A stretch of DNA of 64,000 nucleotides from Balanoglossus misakiensis. Taxonomy: Eukaryota > Animalia > Hemichordata. The stretch spans positions 9,971,918 to 10,035,917 of the forward strand of contig CM082595.2 in assembly GCA_040954595.2 (NCBI GenBank), written 5' to 3'. A program made the position numbers and the translations under genes. Shown here piece by piece: positions 26,401 through 39,600 of the stretch; within the stretch, counting starts at the first letter, position 1, and every line of letters begins with the position of its first letter. Under the pieces are notes generated by a model. That model ran no database searches. It was not told the DNA's origin and saw only the letters and a list, made by a program, of their open reading frames with translations.

Positions 26401-29400
26401 CAGTTGCACACTGATAACGTTGAACAAGTCGATTTTTCTACGGCCTGGCTCGGCTAAATCTCGTCACAATATGACAGACACTAGCGTACGTTAGCAACGG
26501 TGATCAAGTCAGATTTTCAACGGCATGGGTTGGATAAAGCCCCGGCACTCTAGAGCAGAAACACGCGTACAGAGACCACGTTGATCAAGTCTGATCTCCT
26601 TCGGCTTGGCTCGAATAAAACCCCGGCACACTATGACAGACACTAGCGTTCGTTAGCAACGTTGATCAAGTCAGATTTCCTACGGCATGGCTTTGCTAAA
26701 GCCCTGACACTCTAGAGCAGAAACACGCGTACAGAGACCACGTTGATCTACTCACATTTCCATCGGCCTGGCACGGCTGATGCCCCGGCACTATATATAT
26801 AGGACACAGACTGGCGTAAGTTAACAACGGTGATTACGTCGGATTTCCTACGGCCTGGTTTAGCTGAAGCCCCGGCACTTTAGAGCGGAAACACGCGTAC
26901 ATTGACCACGTTGATCAAGTCAGATTTCCTTCGGCGTGACTCGGCTGGTGCACCGGCTCTATATGACACAGACTGGCGTAAGTTATCAACGGTGATTACG
27001 TCGGATTTCCTACGGCCTGGTTTAGCTGAAGCCCCGGCACTTTAGAGCGGAAACACGCGTACATTGACCACGATGATCAAGTCAGATCTCCTACGGCCTG
27101 GCTCGACTAAAACCCCGGCACACCATGACAGACACTAGCGTTCGTTAGCAACGGTGATCAAGTCGGATTTCCTTCGGCCTGGCTCTGCAAAAGACCCGAC
27201 ACTCTAGTACAAAGACGTTGGCTAAGTCGGGCAAACCGAAGAGGGAAAGTCACAGCGGGTCAACACTCGACATTTGGTCGGGTAGGACTGCATTATTGCC
27301 TGTCAATTTATAGAGAAAGCCCGAATTTAACCAGGGCGTTCCAAACACCGACGTTAGTTGGGGGCACGGCCTGCAGTACTGCCGGGTAAGCTGACATCGG
27401 CGTACCGCATATAATGTAAGGGGGGGGGGGGGACAGAACGGTTCAATACTACATTTATTAGATATCAGCTAATTTTGGACAATCATCTAAAATCTAAATC
27501 ATTTTTTCATATTTGGATATCTGATGATGTATGAAATTTCCATTATATGTAAAAATGGTGCTTATTATAAAACATGCACTCTGAATGAACTGATTTAATA
27601 CAAGATTGCGTTTTATTCGTTTTTGCACCAAAAAGGTCATTTTTAGGCAAAACATTCTTTATATTTTTAATTCGGTGACCTGATCATATATAAACAATTG
27701 CTTGTATGTTAAAAGTTTTTATGACTTTTAAAAGCAGTGACACTGGCGGCATTCATCACGAAAATAACAATTTTAGCCACAATTTGGTCAAAATGGTAAA
27801 TTTTTGAAAATTACAAAAAATACCTGTTTTCTACATTTTCGGAAATCTGATGGAGTATAGAATGCTCTTCGTATGTATATATCGATACAAATTCCACAAA
27901 AGACCGTCTAATTTGGCTCACTGCAGACAAAATTGCGTTTTACCAAATTTTCCTTGAAAATGTCATTTTTAGAAAAAAAAATAAAAAAACCTTCGTTCTT
28001 CGAATTTGGTGCCCTGATCATATATGACATGTTGATTGTATGTTAAAACTCTCGACCACTCCAAAAATGCAGAGATATTGACGGAATTCAAGAAAAATAG
28101 CCATTTTGGCCATATTTTGACAAAAATGGTAAATTTTTGAAAAATCATAAAAAATTAACTCTTTTCTTCATTTTCGGAAATATTATGGAGCATGAAGTGT
28201 CGTTCTCTTGCAAAAAGTGCTGCAAATTCCAGAAAAGGCGGTATAATTTGAATCACCCAAGACAAAATTACCATTTTCAACTTTTTTTCGAAAAATTGTC
28301 TTTTTTTACAAAATAAATAAGAATAAATTCTTTTCTTAGTTTCAAACGGGTAGAGATACTTTCCACACGGGTTTTCTAACATTGAATTCCCGTTCATCAA
28401 CTCAGATTTCCTACAGCATAAGTCGGCTAAAACCCTGACACTCTAGAGCAGAAACAGTTGCACACTGGTAACGTTGAACAAGTCGATTTTTCTACGACCT
28501 GGCTCGGCTAAATCTCCGTCACAATATGACAGACACTAGCGTACGTTAGCAACGGTGATCAAGTCAGATTTTCTACGGCATGGCTTGGATAAAGCCCCGG
28601 CACTCTAGAGCAGAAACACGCGTACAGAGACCACGTTGATCAAGTCTGATCTCCTACGGCTTGGCTCGACTAAAACCCCGGCACACTATGACAGACACTA
28701 GCGTTCGTTAGCAACTTTGATCAAGTCAGATTTCCTACGGCATGGCTTAACTAAAGCCCTGGCACTCTAGAGCAGAAACACGCGTACAGAGACCACGTTG
28801 ATCTTCTCACATTTCCTTCGGCCTGGCACGGCTGATGCCCCGGCACTATATATAGGACACAGACTGGCGTAAGTTAACAACGGTAATCACGTCGGGTTTT
28901 CTTACGGCCTGGCTCAGCTGAAGCCCCGGCACTGTAGAGCAGAAACAGGCGTACATTGACCACGTTGATCAAGTCAGATTTCCTACGGCGTGACTCGGCT
29001 GGTGCACCGGCTCTATATGACACATACTGGCGTAAGTTATCAACGGTGATTACGTCGGATTTCCTACGGCCTGGTTTAGCTGAAGCCCCGGCACTTTAGA
29101 GCGGAAACACGCGTACATTGACCACGATGATCAAGTCAGATCTCCTACGGCCTGGCTCGACTAAAACCCCGGCACACCATGACAGACACTAGCGTTCGTT
29201 AGCAACGGTGATCAAGTCGGATTTCCTTCGGCCTGGCTCTGCAAAAGACCCGACACTCTAGTACAAAGACGTTGGCTAAGTCGGGCAAACCGAACAGGGA
29301 AAGTCACAGCGGTTCAACACTTGACATTTGTTCCGGTAGGACTGCATTATTGCCTGTCGATTTATAGAGAGAGCCCGAATTTAACCAGGGCGTTTCAAAC

Positions 29401-32400
29401 ACCGACGTTTGTTGGGGGCACGGCCTACAGTACTGCCGGGTAAGCTGACATCGGCGTACCGCATATAATGTAAGGGGGGGGGGGGGCAGAACGGTTCAAT
29501 ACTACATTTATTACATATCAGCTAATTTTGGACAATCATCTAAAATCTAAATCATTTTTTCATATTTGGATATCTGATGATGTATGAAATTTCCATTATA
29601 TGTAAAATTGGTGCTTATTATAAAACATGCACTCTGAATGAACTGATTTAATACAAGATTGCGTTTTATTCGTTTTTGCACCAAAAAGGTCATTTTTAGG
29701 CAAAACATTCTTTATATGTTTAATTCGGTGACCTGATCATATATAAACAATTGCTTGTATGTTAAAAGTTTTTATGACTTTTAAAAGCAGTGACACTGGC
29801 GGCATTCATCACGAAAATAACAATTTTAGCCACAATTTGGTCAAAATGGTAAATTTTTGAAAATTACAAAAAATACCTGTTTTCTACATTTTCGGAAATC
29901 TGATGGAGTATAGAATGCTCTTCGTATGTATATATCGATACAAATTCCACAAAAGACCGTCTAATTTGGCTCACTGCAGACAAAATTGCGTTTTACTAAA
30001 TTTTCCTTGAAAATGTCATTTTTAGAAAAAAAAATAGAAAAACCTTTGTTCTTCGAATTTGGTGCCCTGATCATATATGACATGTTGATTGTATGTTAAA
30101 ACTCTCGACCACTCCAAAAATGCAGAGATATTGACGGAATTCAAGAAAAATAGCCATTTTGGCCATATTTTGACAAAAATGGTAAATTTTTGAAAAAATC
30201 ATAAAAAATTAACTCTTTTCTTCATTTTCGGAAATATTATGGAGCATGAAGTGTCGTTCTCTTGTAAAAAGTGCTGCAAATTCCAGAAAAGGCGGTATAA
30301 TTTGAATCACCCAAGACAAAATTGCAATTATTCGACTTTTTTTCGAAAAATTGTCTTTTTTACAAAATAAATAAGAATAATTTCTTTTCTTAGTTTCAAA
30401 CGGGTAGAGATACTTTCCACACGGGTTTTCTAACATTGAATTCCCGTTCATCAACTCAGATTTCCTACAGCATAAGTCGGCTAAAACCCTGACACTCTAG
30501 AGCAGAAACAGTTGCACACTGGTAACGTTGAACAAGTCGATTTTTCTACGGCCTGGCTCGGCTAAATCTCCGTCACAATATGACAGACACTAGCGTACGT
30601 TAGCAACGGTGATCAAGTCAGATTTTCTACGGCATGGGTTGGATAAAGCCCCGGCACTCTAGAGCAGAAACACGCGTACAGAGACCACGTTGATCAAGTC
30701 TGATCTCCTACGGTTTGGCTCGACTAAAACCCCGGCACACTATGACAGACACTAGCGTTCGTTAGCAACGTTGATCAAGTCAGATTTCCTACGGCATGGC
30801 TTGGCTAAAGCCCTGGCACTCTAGAGCAGAAACACGCGTACAGAGACCGCGTTGATCTACTCACATTTCCTTCGGCCTGGCAAGGCTGATGCCCCGGCAC
30901 TATATATAGGACACAAACTGGCGTAAGTTAACAACGGTAATCACGTCGGGTTTCCTACGGCCTGGCTCAGCTGAAGCCCCGGCACTCTAGAGCAGAAACA
31001 GGCGTACATTGACCACGTTGATCAAGTCAGATTTCCTACGGCGTGACTAGGCTGGTGCACCGGCTCTATATGACACAGACTGGCGTAAGTTATCAATGGT
31101 GATTACGTCGGATTTCCTTCGGCCTGGCTCGGCAAAAGACCCGACCCTCTAGTACAAAGACGTTGGCTAAGTCGGGCAAACCGAAGAGGGAAAGTCACAG
31201 CGGGTCAACACTCGACATTTGTTCGGGTAGGACTGCATTATTGCCTGTTAATTTATAGAGAAAGCCCGAATTTAACCAGGGCGCTTCAAACACCGACGTT
31301 AGTTGGGGGCACGGCCTGCAGTACTGCCGGGTAAGGTGACATCGGCGTACCGCATATAATGTAGGGGGGGGGGAGAAACAGAACGGTTCAATACTACATT
31401 TATCAGATATCAGCTAATTTTGGACAATCATCTAAAATCTAAATCATCTTTTCATATTTGGATATCTGATGATGTATGAAATTTCCATTATATGTAAAAA
31501 TGGTGCTGATTATAAAAATGCACTCTGAATGAGCTGATTTAATACAAAATTGCGTTTTATTCGTTTTTGCACCAAAAAGGTCATTTTTAGGCAAAACATT
31601 CTTAATTTTTTTAATTCGGTGACCTGATCATATATAAACAATTGCTTGTATGTTAAAAGTTTTTATGACTTTTAAAAGCAGTGACACTGGCGGCATTCAA
31701 CACGAAAATAACAATTTTAGCCACAATTTGGTCAAAATGGTAAATTTTTGAAAATTACAAAAAATACCTGTTTTCTACATTTTTGGAAATCTGATGGAGT
31801 ATAGAATGCTCTTCGTATGTATATATCGATACAAATTCCACAAAAGACCGTCTAATTTGGCTCACTGCAGACAAAATTGCGTTTTACCAAATTTTCCTTC
31901 AAAATGTCATTTTTAGAAAAAAAAATAAAAAAACCTTTGTTCTTTAAATGTGGTGCCCTGATCATATATGACATGTTGATTGTATGTTAAAACTTTCGAC
32001 CACTCCAAAAATGCAGAGATATTGACGGAATTCAAGAAAAAATAGCCATTTTGGCCATATTTTGACAAAAATGGTAAATTTTTAAAAAATCATAAAAAAT
32101 TAACTCTTTTCTTCATTTTCGGAAATATTATGGAGCATGAAGTGTCGTTCTCTTGTAAAAAGTGCTGCAAATTCCAGAAAAGGCGGTATAATTTGAATCA
32201 CCCAAGACAAAATTGCAATTTTTCGACTTTTTTTCGAAAAATTGTCTTTTTTACAAAATAAATAAGAATAAATTCTTTTCTTAGTTTCAAACGGGTAGAG
32301 ATACTTTCCACACGGGTTTTCTAACATTGAATTCCCGTTCATCAACTCAGATTTCCTACAGCATAAGTCGGCTAAAACCCTGACACTCTAGAGCAGAAAC

Positions 32401-34040
32401 AGTTGCACACTGGTAACGTTGAACAAGTCGATTTTTCTACGGCCTGGCTCGGCTAAATCTCCGTCACAATATGACAGACACTAGCGTACGTTAGCAACGG
32501 TGATCAAGTCAGATTTTCTACGGCATGGGTTGGATAAAGCCCCGGCACTCTAGAGCAGAAACACTCGTACAGAGACCACGTTGATCAAGTCTGATCTCCT
32601 ACGGCTTGGCTCGACTAAAACCCCGGCACACTTTGGCAGACACTAGCGTTCGTTAGCAACGTTGATCAAGTCAGATTTCCTACGGCATGGCTTGGCTAAA
32701 GCCCTGGCACTCTAGAGCAGAAACACGCGTACAGAGACCACGTTGATCTACTCACATTTCCTTCGGCCTGGCACGGCTGATGCCCCGGCACTATATATAG
32801 GACACAAACTGGCGTAAGTTAACAACGGTAATCACGTCGGGTTTCCTACGGCCTGGCTCAGCTGAAGCCCCGGCACTCTAGAGCAGAAACAGGCGTACAT
32901 TGACCACGTTGATCAAGTCAGATTTCCTACGGCGTGACTCGGCTGGTGCACCGGCTCTATATGACACAGACTGGCGTAAGTTATCAACGGTGATTACGTC
33001 GGATTTCCTACGGCCTGGTTTAGCTGAAGCCCCGGCACTTTAGAGCGGAAACACGCGTACATTGACCACGATGATCAAGTCAGATCTCCTACGGCCTGGC
33101 TCGACTAAAACCCCGGCACACCATGACAGACACTAGCGTTCGTTAGCAACGGTGATCAAGTCGGATTTCCTTCGGCCTGGCTCTGCAAAAGACCCGACAC
33201 TCTAGTACAAAGACGTTGGCTAAGTTGGGCAAACCGAAGAGGGAAAGTCGCAGCGGGTCAACACTCGACATTTGTTCCGGTAGGACTGCATTATTGCCTG
33301 TCGATTTATAGAGAGAGCCCGAATTTAACCAGGGCGTTTCAAACACCGACGTTTGTTGGGGGCAAGGCCTACAGTACTGCCGGGTAAGCTGACATCGGCG
33401 TACCGCATATAATGTAAGGGGGGGGGGGGGACAGAACGGTTCAATACTACATTTATTAGATATCAGCTAATTTTGGACAATCATCTAAAATCTAAATCAT
33501 TTTTTCATATTTGGATATCTGATGATGTATGAAATTTCCATTATATGTAAAAATGGTGCTTATTATAAAACATGCACTCTGGATGAACTGATTTAATACA
33601 AGATTGCGTTTTATTCGTTTTTGCACCAAAAAGGTCATTTTTAGGCAAAACATTCTTTATATTTTTAATTCGGTGACCTGATCATATATAAACAATTGCT
33701 TGTGTGTTAAAAGTTTTTATGGCTTTTAAAAGCAGTGACACTGGCGGCATTCATCACGAAAATAACAATTTTAGCCACAATTTGGTCAAAATGGTAAATT
33801 TTTGAAAATTACAAAAAATACCTGTTTTCTACATTTTCGGAAATCTGATGGAGTATAGAATGCTCTTCGTATGTATATATCGATACAAATTCCACAAAAG
33901 ACCGTCTAATTTGGCTCACTGCAGACAAAATTGCGTTTTACCAAATTTTCCTTGAAAATGTCATTTTTAGAAAAAAAAATAAAAAAACCTTTATTCTTCG
34001 AATTTGGTGCCCTGATCATATATGACATGTTGATTGTATG

Positions 34041-34967
34041 CCAGGCCGAAGGAAATCCGACTTGATCACCGTTGCTAACGAACGCTAGTGTCTGTCATGG
34101 TGTGCCGGGGTTTTAGTCGAGCCAGGCCGTAGGAGATCTGACTTGATCATCGTGGTCAATGTACGCGTGTTTCCGCTCTAAAGTGCCGGGGCTTCAGCTA
34201 AACCAGGCCGTAGGAAATCCGACGTAATCACCGTTGATAACTTACGCCAGTCTGTGTCATATAGAGCCGGTGCACCAGCCGAGTCACGCCGTAGGAAATC
34301 TGACTTGATCAACGTGGTCAATGTACGCCTGTTTCTGCTCTAGAGTGCCGGGGCTTCAGCTGAGCCAGGCCGTAGGAAACCCGACGTGATTACCGTTGTT
34401 AACTTACGCCAGTTTGTGTCCTATATATAGTGCCGGGGCATCAGCCGTGCCAGGCCGAAGGAAATGTGAGTAGATCAACGTGGTCTCTGTACGCGTGTTT
34501 CTGCTCTAGAGTGCCAGGGCTTTAGCCAAGCCATGCCGTAGGAAATCTGACTTGATCAACGTTGCTAACGAACGCTAGTGTCTGTCATAGTGTGCCGGGG
34601 TTTTAGTCGAGCCAAGCCGTAGGAGATCAGACTTGATCAACGTGGTCTCTGTACGCGTGTTTCTGCTCTAGAGTGCCGGGGCTTTATCCAACCCATGCCG
34701 TAGAAAATCTGACTTGATCACCGTTGCTAACGTACGCTAGTGTCTGTCATATTGTGACGGAGATTTAGCCGAGCCAGGCCGTAGAAAAATCGACTTGTTC
34801 AACGTTACCAGTGTGCAACTGTTTCTGCTCTAGAGTGTCAGGGTTTTAGCCGACTTATGCTGTAGGAAATCTGAGTTGATGAACGGGAATTCAATGTTAG
34901 AAAACCCGTGTGGAAAGTATCTCTACCCGTTTGAAACTAAGAAAAGAATTTATTCTTATTTATTTTG
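34041..34967 (-). repeat. Inverted satellite segment (81-bp module plus ~80 bp of AT module)
   Basis: Reverse complement of ~32260-33181-type sequence, bounded by junctions at 34040 and 34965-34967. Confidence 0.96.
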
Positions 34968-36675
34968 AATTCCCGTTCATCAACTCAGATTTCCTACAGC
35001 ATAAGTCGGCTAAAACCCTGACACTCTAGAGCAGAAACAGTTGCACACTGGTAACGTTGAACAAGTCGATTTTTCTACGGCCTGGCTCGGCTAAATCTCC
35101 GTCACAATATGACAGACACTAGCGTACGTTAGCAACGGTGATCAAGTCAGATTTTCTACGGCATGGGTTGGATAAAGCCCCGGCACTCTAGAGCAGAAAC
35201 ACTCGTACAGAGACCACGTTGATCAAGTCTGATCTCCTACGGCTTGGCTCGACTAAAACCCCGGCACACTATGGCAGACACTAGCGTTCGTTAGCAACGT
35301 TGATCAAGTCAGATTTCCTACGGCATGGCTTGGCTAAAGCCCTGGCACTCTAGAGCAGAAACACGCGTACAGAGACCACGTCGATCTACTCACATTTCCT
35401 TCGGCCTGGCACGGCTGATGCCCCGGCACTATATATAGGACACAAACTGGCGTAAGTTAACAACGGTAATCACGTCGGGTTTCCTACGGCCTGGCTCAGC
35501 TGAAGCCCCGGCACTCTAGAGCAGAAACAGGCGTACATTGACCACGTTGATCAAGTCAGATTTCCTACGGCGTGACTCGGCTGGTGCACCGGCTCTATAT
35601 GACACAGACTGGCGTAAGTTATCAACGGTGATTACGTCGGATTTCCTACGGCCTGGTTTAGCTGAAGCCCCGGCACTTTAGAGCGGAAACACGCGTACAT
35701 TGACCACGATGATCAAGTCAGATCTCCTACGGCCTGGCTCGACTAAAACCCCGGCACACCATGACAGACACTAGCGTTCGTTAGCAACGGTGATCAAGTC
35801 GGATTTCCTTCGGCCTGGCTCTGCAAAAGACCCGACACTCTAGTACAAAGACGTTGGCTAAGTTGGGCAAACCGAAGAGGGAAAGTCGCAGCGGGTCAAC
35901 ACTCGACATTTGTTCCGGTAGGACTGCATTATTGCCTGTCGATTTATAGAGAGAGCCCGAATTTAACCAGGGCGTTTCAAACACCGACGTTTGTTGGGGG
36001 CAAGGCCTACAGTACTGCCGGGTAAGCTGACATCGGCGTACCGCATATAATGTAAGGGGGGGGGGACAGAACGGTTCAATACTACATTTATTAGATATCA
36101 GCTAATTTTGGACAATCATCTAAAATCTAAATCATTTTTTCATATTTGGATATCTGATGATGTATGAAATTTCCATTATATGTAAAAATGGTGCTTATTA
36201 TAAAACATGCACTCTGGATGAACTGATTTAATACAAGATTGCGTTTTATTCGTTTTTGCACCAAAAAGGTCATTTTTAGGCAAAACATTCTTTATATTTT
36301 TAATTCGGTGACCTGATCATATATAAACAATTGCTTGTGTGTTAAAAGTTTTTATGGCTTTTAAAAGCAGTGACACTGGCGGCATTCATCACGAAAATAA
36401 CAATTTTAGCCACAATTTGGTCAAAATGGTAAATTTTTGAAAATTACAAAAAATACCTGTTTTCTACATTTTCGGAAATCTGATGGAGTATAGAATGCTC
36501 TTCGTATGTATATATCGATACAAATTCCACAAAAGACCGTCTAATTTGGCTCACTGCAGACAAAATTGCGTTTTACCAAATTTTCCTTGAAAATGTCATT
36601 TTTAGAAAAAAAAATAAAAAAACCTTTATTCTTCGAATTTGGTGCCCTGATCATATATGACATGTTGATTGTATG
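34965..36675 (+). repeat. Forward satellite segment between inversions
   Basis: Starts ttgaattcccgttcatc (start of the 81-bp module) and ends gttgattgtatg. Confidence 0.96.
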
Positions 36676-39600
36676 CCAGGCCGAAGGAAATCCGACTTGA
36701 TCACCGTTGCTAACGAACGCTAGTGTCTGTCATGGTGTGCCGGGGTTTTAGTCGAGCCAGGCCGTAGGAGATCTGACTTGATCATCGTGGTCAATGTACG
36801 CGTGTTTCCGCTCTAAAGTGCCGGGGCTTCAGCTAAACCAGGCCGTAGGAAATCCGACGTAATCACCGTTGATAACTTACGCCAGTCTGTGTCATATAGA
36901 GCCGGTGCACCAGCCGAGTCACGCCGTAGGAAATCTGACTTGATCAACGTGGTCAATGTACGCCTGTTTCTGCTCTAGAGTGCCGGGGCTTCAGCTGAGC
37001 CAGGCCGTAGGAAACCCGACGTGATTACCGTTGTTAACTTACGCCAGTTTGTGTCCTATATATAGTGCCGGGGCATCAGCCGTGCCAGGCCGAAGGAAAT
37101 GTGAGTAGATCAACGTGGTCTCTGTACGCGTGTTTCTGCTCTAGAGTGCCAGGGCTTTAGCCAAGCCATGCCGTAGGAAATCTGACTTGATCAACGTTGC
37201 TAACGAACGCTAGTGTCTGTCATAGTGTGCCGGGGTTTTAGTCGAGCCAAGCCGTAGGAGATCAGACTTGATCAACGTGGTCTCTGTACGCGTGTTTCTG
37301 CTCTAGAGTGCCGGGGCTTTATCCAACCCATGCCGTAGAAAATCTGACTTGATCACCGTTGCTAACGTACGCTAGTGTCTGTCATATTGTGACGGAGATT
37401 TAGCCGAGCCAGGCCGTAGAAAAATCGACTTGTTCAACGTTACCAGTGTGCAACTGTTTCTGCTCTAGAGTGTCAGGGTTTTAGCCGACTTATGCTGTAG
37501 GAAATCTGAGTTGATGAACGGGAATTCAATGTTAGAAAACCCGTGTGGAAAGTATCTCTACCCGTTTGAAACTAAGAAAAGAATTTATTCTTATTTATTT
37601 TGTAAAAAAGACAATTTTTCGAAAAAAAGTCGAAAAATTGCAATTTTGTCTTGGGTGATTCAAATTATACCGCCTTTTCTGGAATTTGCAGCACTTTTTA
37701 CAAGAGAACGACACTTCATGCTCCATAATATTTCCGAAAATGAAGAAAAGAGTTAATTTTTTATGATTTTTCAAAAATGTACCATTTTGTCAAAATATGG
37801 CCAAAATGGCTATTTTTTCTTGAATTCCGTCAATATCTCTGCATTTTTGGAGTGGTCGAAAGTTTTAACATACAATCAACATGTCATATATGATCAGGGC
37901 ACCAAATTCGAAGAACGAAGGTTTTTTTATTTTATTTTTCTAAAAATGACATTTTCAAGGAAAATTTGGTAAAACGCAATTTTGTCTGCAGTGAGCCAAA
38001 TTAGACGGTCTTTTGTGGAATTTGTATCGATATATATATACGAAGAGCATTCTATACTCCATCAGATTTCCGAAAATGTAGAAAACAGGTATTTTTTGTA
38101 ATTTTCAAAAATTTACCATTTTGACCAAATTGTGGTTAAAATTGTTATTTTCGTGTTGAATGCCGCCAGTGTCACTGCTTTTAAAAGTCATAAAAACTTT
38201 TAACATGCAAGCAATTGCTTATATATGATCAGGCCACCGAATTAAAAAAATAAAGAATGTTTTGCCTAAAAATGACCTTTTTGGTGCAAAAACGAATAAA
38301 ACGCAATTTTGTATTAAATCAGCTCATTCAGAGTGCATTTTTTATAATCAGCACCATTTTTACATATATTGGAAATTTCATACATCATCAGATATCCAAA
38401 TATGAAAAAATGATTTAGATTTTAGATGATTGTCCAAAATTAGCTGATATCTAATAAATGTAGTATTGAACCGTTCTGTCCCCCCCCCTACATTATATGC
38501 GGTACGCCGATGTCAGCTTACCCGGCAGTACTGCAGGCCGTGCCCCCAAATAACGTCGGTGTTTGAAACGCCCTGGTTAAATTCGGGCTTTCTCTATAAA
38601 TTGACAGGCAATAATGCAGTCCTACCCGAACAAATGTCGAGTGTTGACCCGCTGTGACTTTCCCTCTTCGGTTTGCCCGACTTAGCCAACGTCTTTGTAC
38701 TAATGTGTCGGGTCTTTTGCAGAGCCAGGCCGAAGGAAATCCGACTTGATCACCGTTGCTAACGAACGCTAGTGTCTGTCATGGTGTGCCGGGGTTTTAG
38801 AAGAGCCAGGCCGTAGGAGATCTGACTTGATCATCGTGGTCAATGTACGCGTGTTTCCGCTCTAAAGTGCCGGGGCTTCAGCTAAACCATGCCGTAGGAA
38901 ATCCGACGTAATCACCGTTGATAACTTACGCCAGTCTGTGTCATATAGAGCCGGTGCACCAGCCGAATCACGCCGTTGGAAATCTGACTTGATCAACGTG
39001 GTCAATGTACGCCTGTTTCTGCTCTAGAGTGCCGGGGATTCAGCTGCGCCAGGCCGTAGGAAACCCGACGTGATTACCGTTGTTAACTTACGCCAGTCTG
39101 TGTCCTATATATAGTGCCGGGGCATCAGCCGTGCCAGGCCGAAGGAAATGTGAGTAGATCAACGTGGTCTCTGTACGCGTGTTTCTGCTCTAGAGTGCCA
39201 GGGCTTTAGCCAAGCCATGCCGTAGGAAATCTGACTTGATCAACGTTGCTAACGAACGCTAGTGTCTGTCATAGTGTGCCGGGGTTTTAGTCGAGCCAAG
39301 CCGTAGGAGATCAGACTTGATCAACGTGGTCTCTGTACGCGTGTTTCTGCTCTAGAGTGCCGGGGCTTTATCCAACCCATGCCGTAGAAAATCTGACTTG
39401 ATCACCGTTGCTAACGTACGCTAGTGTCTGTCATATTGTGACGGAGATTTAGCCGAGCCAGGCCGTAGAAAAATCGACTTGTTCAACGTTACCAGTGTGC
39501 AACTGTTTCTGCTCTAGAGTGTCAGGGTTTTAGCCGACTTATGCTGTAGGAAATCTGAGTTGATGAACGGGAATTCAATGTTAGAAAACCCGTGTGGAAA

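Larger units (their letters stand above)
1..34040 (+). repeat. Satellite block, forward orientation (~17 units head-to-tail)
   Basis: Modules run core/poly-G > AT module > 81-bp module continuously up to ...gttgattgtatg at 34040. Confidence 0.97.
32327..37602. repeat. 2.64-kb direct duplication spanning an inversion breakpoint
   Basis: 32327-34967 is repeated at 34965-37602 (ORFs at 33143 and 35781 are 2638 bp apart). Both copies share acactcgtac, ggcaaggcct, ctctggatg and the same junction gtatg|ccaggccgaagg. Confidence 0.92.
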
